Below are positions 39,700-51,257 of a stretch of 51,257 nt of DNA, piece by piece; the stretch's first letter is position 1; every line of letters begins with the position of its first letter. Source of the DNA: Paraglomus brasilianum (taxonomy: Eukaryota); contig CAJVPI010000125.1 in assembly GCA_910592345.1 (NCBI GenBank), positions 1 to 51,257 of the forward strand. Direction: 5' to 3'. Both the position numbers and the translations under genes were made by a program. Under the pieces are notes generated by a model, which had not been told where the DNA came from, made no database searches, and saw nothing but the letters and a program-made list of their open reading frames with translations.

Positions 39700-40325
39700 T
39701 AAGGAATTCGCTTGCATTTTTTGTAGTGCTTTAAACGATGTATCGTTTCAACGATATTTATTGTGAATTTCTGCGCATTGATATCATTGGTTCTTTCTAG
39801 ATCCAAACAAGATATATTTTAATGGCCCAGCTGAAAGCAATGAATAGTGGAGAAATAACTGCTAGTCGACGTCTTAAAAAGAAAACGCGTCTAATAAAAG
39901 AACTTTTTACTATTGAGATCGCAATAAGCCGCTTTGCCAGAAAACGTATCTCAACATGTTGGGAATTGGTCGCTCACTCACTTCGAAAATGTTAGAAATC
40001 ACTTGACGACGAATGGTATAATACCGCGCGTTCATGATAATATAAAACGAATACCGTGATGAAAAACCTAAATAACAATTGATATAACGGTTGCTACCGC
40101 CGTGAAGAAATCAATGGATTACCAAGTCCTGGCAGAAATATCAATCGCATTACGAAATCGCTTACACTTTTGTCAGCCGAAACGAGTTATAATTCGGTCT
40201 ATCGTGATTTTATTGCAGGTCTAGAAAACGATAGCACATTGAAATTGTTAAAATATGGCGTATTCCGCAAGTTATGGCACCAATTAACGCCTTATATTCA
40301 AATTATGAGTCCAAGAACCGATTTA
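39700..40325 (+). mobile_element. Degenerate DNA-transposase relic (probably Sola-like, glomeromycotan family)
   Basis: KQDIFLMAQLKAM..KPLCQKTYLNMLGIG..ENVRNHL..GLPSPGRNINRITKSL..ETSYNSVYRDF..FRKLWHQLTPYIQIMSPRTDL, with frameshifts. The family assignment is from recalled motif pattern only. Confidence 0.5.
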
Positions 40326-40767
40326 TTACTAAATCAGATACTGATGTCATTACTGGTAAATATATTTGTCATTGTATCAAATGTAAAGAAAACAGAAGAA
40401 AAAGAGCACCCACTTTTGCCTAGTGAAGGGGTGAGTCGTTTTGCTTTTTATGAACAACAAATAAGCACTTTGCAAGAGGAGTTAGCTGCAGCTGAGGAAG
40501 CATTAGAAATTGAAAGAGAAGAAGTATAAAGTAGCCAAATTTCAAGAAAAGTCCGAGGAGTGAAGTAAAAGACAAAAGCAAGAATTATTGGGTAAGATTT
40601 CTAGCTTGGAGAAAAAAAATAAGGAATTAGAAGAGCAAAATAAACAATTAAAAAAACAAAATGAATAGAAAATTGTGAAAAGGAGATTGCTGAATTAAAA
40701 AGCAATTATCTCAGCTGACTTCTCAACAGCAAGTTGCTCAAATGAATGACGACGACAAAAAAGAATG

Positions 40768-40887
40768 GACGTAGTAAAGGTGGAAGTAGAACTAGAAGAT
40801 AAGAGCCCATCGGAATGATAATAAGGAGGACGTAAAAGCAGACGTAGTAAAGATGGAGATGGAACTAGAAGATAAGAGCCCATCGGA
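40768..40887. repeat. 47-bp imperfect direct repeat, 73-bp period
   Basis: gacgtagtaaag(g/a)tgga....gaactagaagataagagcccatcgga at 40768-40814 and 40841-40887. Confidence 0.9.
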
Positions 40888-43800
40888 GGGATTAAAGTTA
40901 AAAATAAAAAATAAATAAGAGATGACCTTGATTGAAATTAAGGAAGTAATTTAAATATTGGTAAATTTGCTAAGTATTTTTCTTGATCTAGATATTCCTC
41001 AAGAATTTTGGTATTGTGATTTTAAAAATATATGGAGCAATTTTTTCTCCTTGTTCTTTTTTTAGAATGCTTCTAATGGTGCTGTAATTCTTTGGTTCCA
41101 TAGTAATAGTGGGTTTGATATAAATTAGTTTCATGTTTATATTTTTATATAGAGATAATCCTATATTAATATTGAACAGGTTATAATTTTTAGATAGTAA
41201 TAGAAGTTTGCTACATAAAATTTGTGTACAAGTTATTGATGTGATAATCAAAATGTTATTAGTCAAATTAGTTAACTTTCAGCCACATCAGCCTCTCATT
41301 TATGTCACATAATAGAATGTTCACTTTGTCTGGCTTTGTTGCAGTCTACCCCATATCTGGTATAACAGGATTAGACTTCATTTGCCTGTCTGGTTTTAAT
41401 GCAGCATGCTCTATATTAAGCTTACTGATACCTTCATTAAATAAGAAGCAGGAAAATGTGTTAAATATCTTTGACCACCAATCACATGTACTCTTCCATT
41501 CCCCAAATGCAATGAATACACGATTAATATGCACAAAGAATTTATAGAGAATTTACTAATACTAACACACCTTTGCTAATTCGATGAATGGTTTGGTAGA
41601 TACATAATGGTAAGCTCAAATAAATCTTCTTCTTTGCCAATATTTTAATTCCGTAGAGTGTCTCGTCCGCTCTAGAGCATATATAGAAAGTAGTACTCAA
41701 GATAAAACTTGAAAAAGGTCCGATTTCCGAGTGACGGGAAACGACATATTAAACCGTAATTCAACATTCTGTTGTTATGCAGTATCAATAATAATAATAA
41801 CAGTGACACCAACTGGTTATAAACAGCACATATGCGGAACATGTGATTTCTGTGTTAAAGGATTTTCTACTCTCCACATTCTGGGCATATTAATATAATA
41901 ATAATAATAATAATAAAAAGGGACCAATCTTTCCTTGGTAAAGTTGAAGATGTTGGTGGTATCACATATTACAGTTGTATTAACTAGAGATGATAAGGCA
42001 AAGAAGTTGGTGAACCTTGTCTTGCTATAGTAATATTCAAAACGAATACAACCAAATATATTTTTTCTCATAACATAATTCCGAATGAGAAAGAACCCTT
42101 GAACCATCACATTACCCAAGACTCTAACAAAGATCTGTCCAATCCTGTTATTTCAAAAAAGACGTTCTTAGAGGAAAGGAAACCAATAGTGTGTCTAATT
42201 TGTGCCAAGACAGTTTCGCTAGAATCTTCCATACAGTAAACAATCCTGTGTACCTCACTAGTCGTACGCATTGTACGAATCGTCACAAGCTCATACACAT
42301 ACGAATACACATTGGGGTTAATTAAAAGATATTTTTGTCCAATATACTTCCTTGCCGAATCCAACGCCCGATCTTACCGCATAGACAGAAACGCCAGAGC
42401 ACATCCAACACAAGCGAAATAAGTTGATCGACTATATGATTCGCAGAACGAGTAAAACTAAATTCGTGGTAGGGAAAGTGTAACGTCGATGACCGTATTA
42501 ATATTGTTGTGCGCCATTAATAAGTTGTTTGAAAATAAGCCATTAACTATGTATGTATATTAATATGCAGTATTGCCAAATAAACTTAATAGGAAACTTA
42601 TTACCATAATAATAAGGGCAGATCATGAATAGGGCCTTTGTAATATTAAAAAATAACTGACCCATCACCGTCACCCACTTGATTATCAACCAATCACATA
42701 CATCACTTTAGTTTGTGATTATGTAATAAGCTGAGATAACATGGGCAATTGTTACGTGACGATTTGCAGACCATTTTGCATTGCAACCCCCCCTCCTGTT
42801 ATGAAGGTAGGCCCTTATTCATGAGATACATCTCGTAACTTTAATTCTGTGTTGTCCAAATTCTACGCCCTATCGTTTTGGTACTAGTAATCCCTTGCTC
42901 AACAATAATAAAGCCAACGGGATTGAAAGCCGGTTTTCTGATTGTTGCCTCTATTACTATTACTTTTTTCAAAAGCTGATCGCTTCAACGTTCAATCTTG
43001 CCAAGGAAAGCTGGACACCGATGAATGAGATAATGATTCTTTATTAGGTTAAAAATTATGCATGCGCTAATTGTTGCTCAACATGTGGCTGCTAAGTCAC
43101 TCGCATCTAGATACCGATAATAATATTTATCTTGTCCTCTCATCGCACAAACCTTGCTAGGGAAATTTTAGACTTAAACGATGTAACACTTCCCAGAAAG
43201 GACGACTTGGAGAATTGGGGGCGCATGATGATTTAATTATGGTGATGTGGCGGGTAGACAATCATCAACCGGGTTTTTCGCGATTAACACTGGTAATAAA
43301 CCAATGTTCTAATGATTCCTGGATCACTGTCCAAAAGTTCATATTCCATCGTATCGCACGCCAACCACGCCAATCAATTACTTATGTCCATGTGCAACTG
43401 TACTGATTGCTCTGGAATGAGCTACTAACACGGTCTAACTCATCGTTTATGCACTTTTCAGACTCATTGGTGCAAGATTGAGCGCAAGTTTGCGTCAAAT
43501 TAACTAAAAGTCTAGTTAAACTGGTATGCATTACATAAATACCGCACACATTTCATATTTCAAAAACAAAAATACAGTTTGAACGTGATCAATGTCGTAC
43601 AAGCGGAATTGTTTATAAACAATGTTCAAGTTTTCTGATACAAGGACAGAGCACAAGCCACTGTACCAATACACGCATCATCGAATTAACACCCCCCATC
43701 GCTCCTGCCTTCACCCGCTTACCCTCGACTAAATTTCGTTCACAATGAAATAGTCGAATATACATTTAATGCTACATAATATTTCGATATCACGATTATT

Positions 43801-43915
43801 TATCATTTCTGCAAATACAAAAAGTATATCTATTGGTTCTCACGCACAAGGCAGGACATCATATCCAACATCATATCCAGCAAACATCGCTAGTCATACA
43901 AGTTTATAAAATACC

Positions 43916-46900
43916 ATGCCCGCCAAATCGCTCCAAAGGGTATTCGCCATAGGAGATGCTATCGCTTACTACTTCTGCCATTGCGGCAGGTTTTGTTCCT
44001 CTCATCAAGTGGCTACAATAGTACTTGCGACATGCCTTGTCTTCCTCATGTGTTATCCTGCTTTAGAAACATACTATATAACGCCGAAGAATGCAGTTGA
44101 ACCTCTTTTCTGGGAACTACAATCGGCGCGAAGAGAAGTTTCAGAAGAATTATTCAGAGAAAAGTGTTCGGGAACACAACCTCCTCTGCACGTTGAGCAG
44201 ATAATGATTAACGCTACTGATGTAGCAAAAGGTGGAATTCTAGAGAAAGAGCTGTTGTTGTGGTCCATAAGATTGATGGACAAGATTGCAAGTACAGAAA
44301 TTATACATTCAACAAATGTTCAATCTCCCTTCGGTAATCAAATCACAGCTGAAACGAGGGTTTATAGACTTAAAGACCTATGCTACAAGCCATTAGGCGG
44401 TAATGAATGTTTAGTTCAATCACCCCTCAGTTTCTGGGACAATAACGAGCAGACGTTACTTTCAGACGTTAACATTATAAAAACACTTCAAAATGCTGGT
44501 GAAGTATCGTTGCATGGCATTCCGATGCCGTTGACATCGGTATTTGGCGATATTGTATATACAAAAAGTACCAAGATAAAGGGTGCTAAAAGTATCATCT
44601 TGACGTATTTTTTGAAGGATAGGACGATGGATTTGTGGGAAAAGATATGGGAACAGGTGACGAAGAATGGAGGAATATGTCCCGGTGGCGGAACATTGGT
44701 TGATAGTGTGGATTTGCGTGTTGAAAGTGAATCGAAACACCTGTATTTGCAGGTAAGAAAACATTAAACAGAAAAACAGAATCTATAAGAAGGAAGTAAC
44801 TCGGTGACGCTAATTTAACTATTGTTAAATATAACCAGTTCAACAATAATCCGTATGATCATAAGGCGAAGGCGGAGTATATCCTTCTTTTTCTTGGATA
44901 CCTGGTTGGCTTTCTCTATGTTTCGCTCACATTGGGCAGGCTTAATTTAGTCAAATCTAAATTTGGCCTCGGATTTGCTGCTTTAGCCCAAGTGTTTGCC
45001 TCTCTCACGGTTGCTTTGAGTATATGTTCTCTGTTGGGATTCAAGTTGACAATAGTGCCTTGGTGAGCGAGTCATCAAGCAAACATTGTATTGATGTTGT
45101 ATGATGCTATTGTGATAAACAACTAATTAACGTAAAATTATGGATATTTATAGGGAGATATTACCGTTCATGATTATGATTATTGGAGTGGACAATATTT
45201 TTCAGCTGACTAATGCGGTGACATCAACTTCAATGCAATTACCAGTGGCCGAACGTGTAGCTGCAGGTGAAAATGCGTAAGAGAAAGGTCAATGGTGCTA
45301 CTATCAAAAATGAGCTGTACTAAATGTGATAACTTTATTTAGGTATTCTTAATGTTGGACCTTCTATGACAAAGAGACTTTGCGTTGAACTGATTCTTTT
45401 GCTAATATGCGCGGCGATAAGTGTTGATTCGGTTCAAGAATTTTGCCTCTTCACTTCGCTTTCTGTGGTGATTGAGTATATACTACAAATGACGTTCTTT
45501 GTCGCCACATTATCTATCGACATACAAAGATTAGAGGTAAATATGTATCAATATTGTTAAAAAAAAGGAAAGGAAATGAGATTAACACGTTGACAAATTC
45601 ATCATATTCTAGATGGCTGACTTGTATAAACGCCAGCCGCGTTACGAGGAAGTCACTTCTAATAGAAATGTTCGAGCGTCATCTTCACGGATATTCAAGA
45701 AGGGGCGAACTGTAGGCCTAATTACGGTACGTTCGTATTTAAATACATAACAATATGTCTATCATGCATGTCATACTCACTTTAAAATCGAAATTTCATA
45801 GGTAATTCTCGCAATAAGAATCCTTACTAGATTCTATCCAACCCAAACTGAATCTCCCGCAACACTATACGAAAGTGCCTTCACTACCGAAACTCCGGAA
45901 ATCAGCAACAAGTTCTACGAGACATCTGCTACAGATATGGCAGACAGCTTCTGGCGAGCAGTCAATCCGAATAAAACTGATCAGTGTCTCGAATTAAGAA
46001 CAAAGTACATCACGATTCATGGACGAAATAAAGATGCAATAAACGACAATGGGCCGCTAAACGCATGGACGCAGGATTTTGTTTTTCGATCACAACAAAT
46101 GCTCAAACACATATTGAAGAGCATTACCACTATTGTCAAGTATATCATAGCACCTGCCGCTGGTATAGCCATAGGGATATCATACCTTGTAGCCTTCCTT
46201 CTGTCTACAAACAATGGCCACGAACAGGACAATGGGCGTAGCGTAAGGAAGACTTCATCCATGAACGACCTGCAAGACCTCCGACTCACCACTCCACGTG
46301 TAGTCACTCTGCGTGGCAGACACGCTGCCGATGTGGACCTTCTTTGTGCTGGATCCAATGGAGTAATTATCTCTACCAGTGCAGACAAACGCATAACGTC
46401 GTGGGAAGGACACCATGGTAGCGTGTCTATGAAACTCGAACGCTATATGCGCAGGTGCGAATCATGTAAATGTGGCACAACAAAAGGAATGAAACAATGC
46501 ATCGCATGGCCTGTGAGGGTTTTATGTACGAACGAGACTGTAGAGTTGGCCGCTGCTGGATTTGAAGATGGAGTAGTGAGGGTATGGGACATACAAACTG
46601 GACAAGCCATGCACATTTTGAAAGATACTGTCGATGATGTCGAGTCTGTCATACCTGATGACACGAAAAATCGTTTATCTAAAGAAAGAGTTACATGCTT
46701 GCAGTTTTTAACCACACAACCTAATCCTGCTGACTCTCCAACGACTTCGACGTCATCACAGTCTGAGAAAACCGCGTTACTTGCTGCTTATAGGGATGGA
46801 TTTGTTCGCGAGTGGGATTTAGAATCTGGTCAGATGATATATACAATTGCTACAAATCAGAAGAGTGGTATAAGCTGTCTTTGTATTGATAAATCCGTTG

Positions 46901-48810
46901 ACAAAGATTTGAGACTATTCACTGGTGCAAGAGATGGTTCCATAAGGTGTTGGTTGGGGAGAACTAATGCAGATGATATCGTGGACGTCGAACCCACAGG
47001 TCGATGGAAGCCTCTTTATACATTAGTCGGACAATATAACAATGCTATAACATGTATTGCGACAAAAATAGCCAATACTAAGACGTCATGTTACGGCATT
47101 GTGGTCGCTGGTGCCGCAGATGGTGAAGTAAGAGTTTATGATTGCATTTCTGGTAATCCAATAGCCACGTTAAGTCAAGGTACTCTGACCAAACAGCAGA
47201 AAGTGAGAAAGCGTGAAGAACAAAAGAAGCAACAGTTAGCAAAGGACCAACAACAGCATCTATTAACACAGCGTAAAGCTGCCCAACAGCAGCAACAACG
47301 ACGAAAACAACTGGAAAAAAACCAACAACAGCAACAACAATATAATCATTATCAAAAACAACTGCTACAACTCCAACACCAACATTTACAGGTACAGAAA
47401 CTGCTGAAGTTGCAATCACAGATACAAGATCAACCACCAGAAACTGTTCAACAACTACGTCAATATGCTTCACATCTACAACGACAACGTGAGCGGTTAA
47501 TTGCGCAGCAGCAAAGATTACTATACCAACAAAGTCTGCACAAAACACATTCCCAGCAGGTACAGACAGAGTCTGATAGCCCTGATGAAAATATTTATGA
47601 GAGCGAAGACGAAGAAATAAGCAATGATCATGAGGAGGATGCGTCGGGTGAGGAAGGGGAGGAAGGAGAGGAAGAGGAAGGGGAAGAGGAAGGGGAAGAG
47701 GAAGAGGAAGGGGAAGAGGAAGAGACTTCCAACAGAGAAGATACGTTTCACCAGGGTGCCATTAAATCTATTATTATTCATCTCTTACAAGGAGAAAAGT
47801 GTTTATGTGGAAGAACGGATTCTGGGGAGTTCTGGGTAATAACTAGCTCCTTGGATGAGAAGGTGAATTTTTACAAAATCGTCAAGGACTCAATGGATTG
47901 TTCATGTATGGCATTGCAGGTCAATGAAGAGACTGTCATCTCCAATGGCTCTGAACAAAACATTAGACAGATAGCTACCCAGAAGCAATCATCTCCAAAA
48001 GGACATACGAATCATTATCGAATAAAGACAAAGCAAGCGATAGATCGTTGGGATGGTGTTGGCTCTTACCGCACCAAATTAATTGGCCGTGTCAGCCAAC
48101 CCGGCGGTTGTTCTATAGTCTTACTTCGCGGTAATATAATAGGTGTCCGACGCATCAAAAGAATCCTTTCCACCTCGGCTACACGAAAATCTCACGGCGT
48201 GGAAGGCGAGTGGGAAGTGTGGATGAAGGATTTGAAGACTTGTGAGCAGGATTGTCTGGAGAATGAGAATGGTGATGATCTGACAGTGAGGACGATGAGT
48301 CTAGTGGATGAGAAGGATTTGCTGATTGAGGATATACGGAGGAAGAAAGAAGTGACTAAAAAAAAGATGCAGGGGAACCCCGGAGAGATGTCTGGGTTTG
48401 TTAGGAGGCGGCGAGTAATATCTATGAATGTAAAAAGTCAGAATGGGGCGTCATCCTCCATAATGCCTTCTTTAGGCCAATCTTGCTCTCACGACGATGA
48501 GCATCACCACTCTCAAGATGATGAGCATCATCACTCCCACGATCATCATGATAATGACCACAATTCTCATACCCATGAAGAAGGTCAAGTAGTTGATTTT
48601 CGTCAAAAACCGCGCATTCGTCGTCCAAACATCGCGTATTCCACAAAGTCTGTTGGCTATAACGAAGAAGAAGAAAAGATGAATGAACTCTTGCCATTTG
48701 CGTATATTAGACAAGTGGTGAAAATCGGAGAGGATGGTGTTTGTATAGCTTATGGCAACTTTGTTAAAGTTGTTTGGTATGAAGATGATAGTAATGATGG
48801 AAGTTGGTAA
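43916..48810 (+). CDS. SCAP: SREBP cleavage-activating protein (SCAP/Scp1): luminal loop, sterol-sensing domain, WD40; about 1496 aa
   Basis: Exons 43916-44752, 44839-45062, 45154-45266, 45343-45536, 45613-45726 and 45802-48810 (4491 nt, open). DLCYKP..CLVQSPLSFW loop; SSD (VKSKFGLGFA..PWEILPF..IGVDNIF..QEFCLF..LQMTFFVATLSIDIQRLEMADL); WD40 repeats (GFEDGVVRVWD, GARDGSIRCW). Confidence 0.93.
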
Positions 48811-50533
48811 CATAAGGCTGATGATGTACAATGATCAGTAATCATGAAATATTGTGACTCGAGTAATTATGTGTTTTGTTTAGGAAATTATCTGGCTAAT
48901 GTGTTTATTATTTTACTATCGTTCTGAAACTGTATAGATAAAATTTAAAATTCTTTGTACAAATTCATAAAATCGCTTAATAAAAATGTATTATGTCTTA
49001 ACGCTCGGATATTATCCATGTTACACACATCCGACATGTTACACGGCGAAGTATTTCTTTTCTAGGGTAGTATAATCTGACGAATAGACAATTTGGGTAT
49101 AATTTTGGGTGAAAAAGGGAATTTTTCGCCGTCGGATTATCACCCCGATGCCACAAATTAAAGAGAGACAACAGCAGTATTGCTCGGGATCAAAAATGTA
49201 CGCCGCGTCAGACTTTCACGTCTCAGACGGTTCAACTAATCATCCCTGCATAACATCCCTGAAATCGATGATCGACCTTGCATAAACCGTTACATAGAAT
49301 CGTTTCTCCTTTATTATCAAAATTAGCCGGTTTATAATATTAACACTTCAAAGTCAAACTATACTTTAAGAACAATATTAGTTTGACGCATTGAGCCTGT
49401 TTTCCCAACTTCAACAAGCTTTTGATATTTTTAACAAGGTATATAATAATGGCGATGTAGTTTGTGAGCACGAACATCGCTATTTGAAATTTCACGTGCG
49501 TGATTCACGCGGACATAAAAATAATAATCTATGAGCCTGTTTAGATCCATGTGCCTAAATTTATCCAATTATCCAATTACGTTGCATACAGAATTTATAT
49601 CTGCAATAATATTAGTTAAAATATACTACCTCATTAATTGGTCGTATTTCAACAGATAATTCGCTAAGAAGCATTGAAATAACTTTCAAGTCATATATTA
49701 GAGTGTTGCTGGTACATATGGTAATAAACATGAGACGTTAACCTATTCTCGATGTGTCATAACACATTACTGTCGTATAAACAAGTTACCAGTTATTACA
49801 TGGTAAAAGGTAATCTTTAAGGTTAGAGACACTAAATTTCTCTAATTGGAAAAGCCGCATTATTTACGTGTTAATCCGATGCTGGACTTTCCGTGGGCTG
49901 TCTTCAACCGTTGCGAATGTGTAGCACAACTGTAATTGATAATCCTCCTAATATCGTCAAAATAATTATCAAGGGAAGTTAAATTTAAGCGATAGCACAG
50001 TCTATCCAGGAAAAAACGTGTACACTAAATGTGGAAAGTACGTTTATAGGAATCAATACTATGCGACAGGTAACATAAAATGCAGCAGGTATTAGAAAAG
50101 TAATATTATAAAGTGCACTTCTGCCTATAAAATGTTGCATCAATAAGGGGAGCGACTGACGCCGAAGCAAGGATTTTATACGTATCGGTGAAAACAATGT
50201 CAGAATGCTGAAACGGGTAATGTCCGGTGAACCGAGCTCAAACGTAGCTATGCGTTTAATAATAATGTACTCTCTATATTTTCTTACATATTCAAATGAT
50301 CTGGCAAAGGCAGCTAACAGTAAACATGCACAACTTATTTCGGAATCCTGTTAGCTCGACCATATTGACATACGTGGAAGCATAACGTATAATTGGAAGA
50401 GGAATAAACCATTGAATAAAACTCGTACAAGCTGTAAATAATCTATGAATTACAGATTTATTCAAAAAAGAGGTTGAGTCTCTAAATTACAAGAAATGGA
50501 TGGTGTTAACATTGTAAATTGACTTTATTTGTA

Positions 50534-51257
50534 TCAACATGTAACCATACCTGCAGCAGAATCCAAATCATAACTATTTCTCGGTTTGGGCAAATCTCCA
50601 GTAGGTAAGAGTTTACTAGAGTATTTACTCTCCTTTTCGAGACTTGATAAGGGTTTTACATCGTTATGATAAACGGCATTCCACGTGTTGTCATCCTCGT
50701 CAATCTCGTCGTCAATAAGCTTGCGAATATCACTCCAAAGTGTATATGTGTCCGGACGCTTATCAGGATCAGCATCACAACACCGTTCGGCAAGTTTCTT
50801 GTATTCCTCTGGTGCGGAATCAGGTATCGATGGTCGTAGTCCGCCCATAATGTTGCATACTAAATCTCTATCAAACTGCCTATCTCTAAAAGGTGGTTCC
50901 CCAGTAGCAATCAAATACATAATGATACCAAAAGAATATACATCTGATTTCTGAGTAAATTTGCGGGTATGGAATACTTCCGGTGCAATAAAGGGTAAAA
51001 CGCCTCGAATGGTTGAATTTGATTCATGTGAATTCACCGATCGTGAGAGACCAAGATCGCATATGAATGGAGAAGTTGTATACGTGTTGTTGTGCAAAAC
51101 TATGTTTCCGCCATGAAGATCACAATGCACAATTCTTGCACGACGAATATCATCCAGATAATCTGCAATACCAACCAAATGCTGTAATTTATCCATCCAC
51201 GTCAATTTGTTAATATTTTGATCCAAATAAGACAAAAGACTACCATTGTTAGCATAT
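50534..51257 (-). CDS. Tyrosine-kinase-like (TKL) protein kinase, 5' part outside the window
   Basis: HCDLHGGN, ICDLGLS, GVLPFIAPE, SDVYSFG, CCDADPDKRP. A possible GTATGG donor near 50550 means the true C-terminus may lie in a further exon. Confidence 0.92.
   Translation of the reverse strand, partial: YANNGSLLSYLDQNINKLTWMDKLQHLVGIADYLDDIRRARIVHCDLHGGNIVLHNNTYTTSPFICDLGLSRSVNSHESNSTIRGVLPFIAPEVFHTRKFTQKSDVYSFGIIMYLIATGEPPFRDRQFDRDLVCNIMGGLRPSIPDSAPEEYKKLAERCCDADPDKRPDTYTLWSDIRKLIDDEIDEDDNTWNAVYHNDVKPLSSLEKESKYSSKLLPTGDLPKPRNSYDLDSAAGMVTC

Noticed and set aside
40768..40887. CRISPR-like repeat-spacer-repeat
   Set aside because: Only two imperfect copies, a eukaryotic context and no cas genes; a simple tandem duplication explains it.
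40988..42364. Short ORFs as real genes or a LINE fragment
   Set aside because: No recognisable motifs or consistent splice model; may be decayed coding DNA but cannot be supported.
47078..47839. Hydrophobic and Arg/Lys-rich ORFs overlapping SCAP
   Set aside because: Shadow frames of the poly-Q and GEEE low-complexity tracts.

Overview
Eukaryotic, intron-containing fungal genomic DNA. The short GT-AG introns, AT-rich intergenic DNA, tyrosine-kinase-like kinase and many DNA-transposon relics point to Mucoromycota, most likely an arbuscular mycorrhizal fungus (Glomeromycotina); this is an inference. Intact genes: a 3-exon uncharacterised gene (163 aa), a secreted pepsin-like aspartic protease, an Esc1/DevR-type bHLH factor, a kinesin-3 (KIF1/Unc-104), actin (375 aa, needing one GC-AG intron), a Cys-rich GPI-anchored protein, SCAP (SSD + WD40, about 1496 aa) and a truncated TKL kinase. 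Accessory DNA holds Tc1/mariner and pogo-like MITE relics, a probable Sola-like transposase relic and several pseudogenes. The most notable locus is a decayed Fanzor (eukaryotic TnpB, IS607/Fanzor2-like) at about 36.5-38.5 kb. It keeps all three RuvC catalytic motifs, has two hairpins (omegaRNA candidate) right after its stop, abuts the catalytic-motif region of a Tc1 transposase, and is split by a 345-bp insert that looks like an intron-containing host gene fragment. All gene models were built by hand; no database searches were run.
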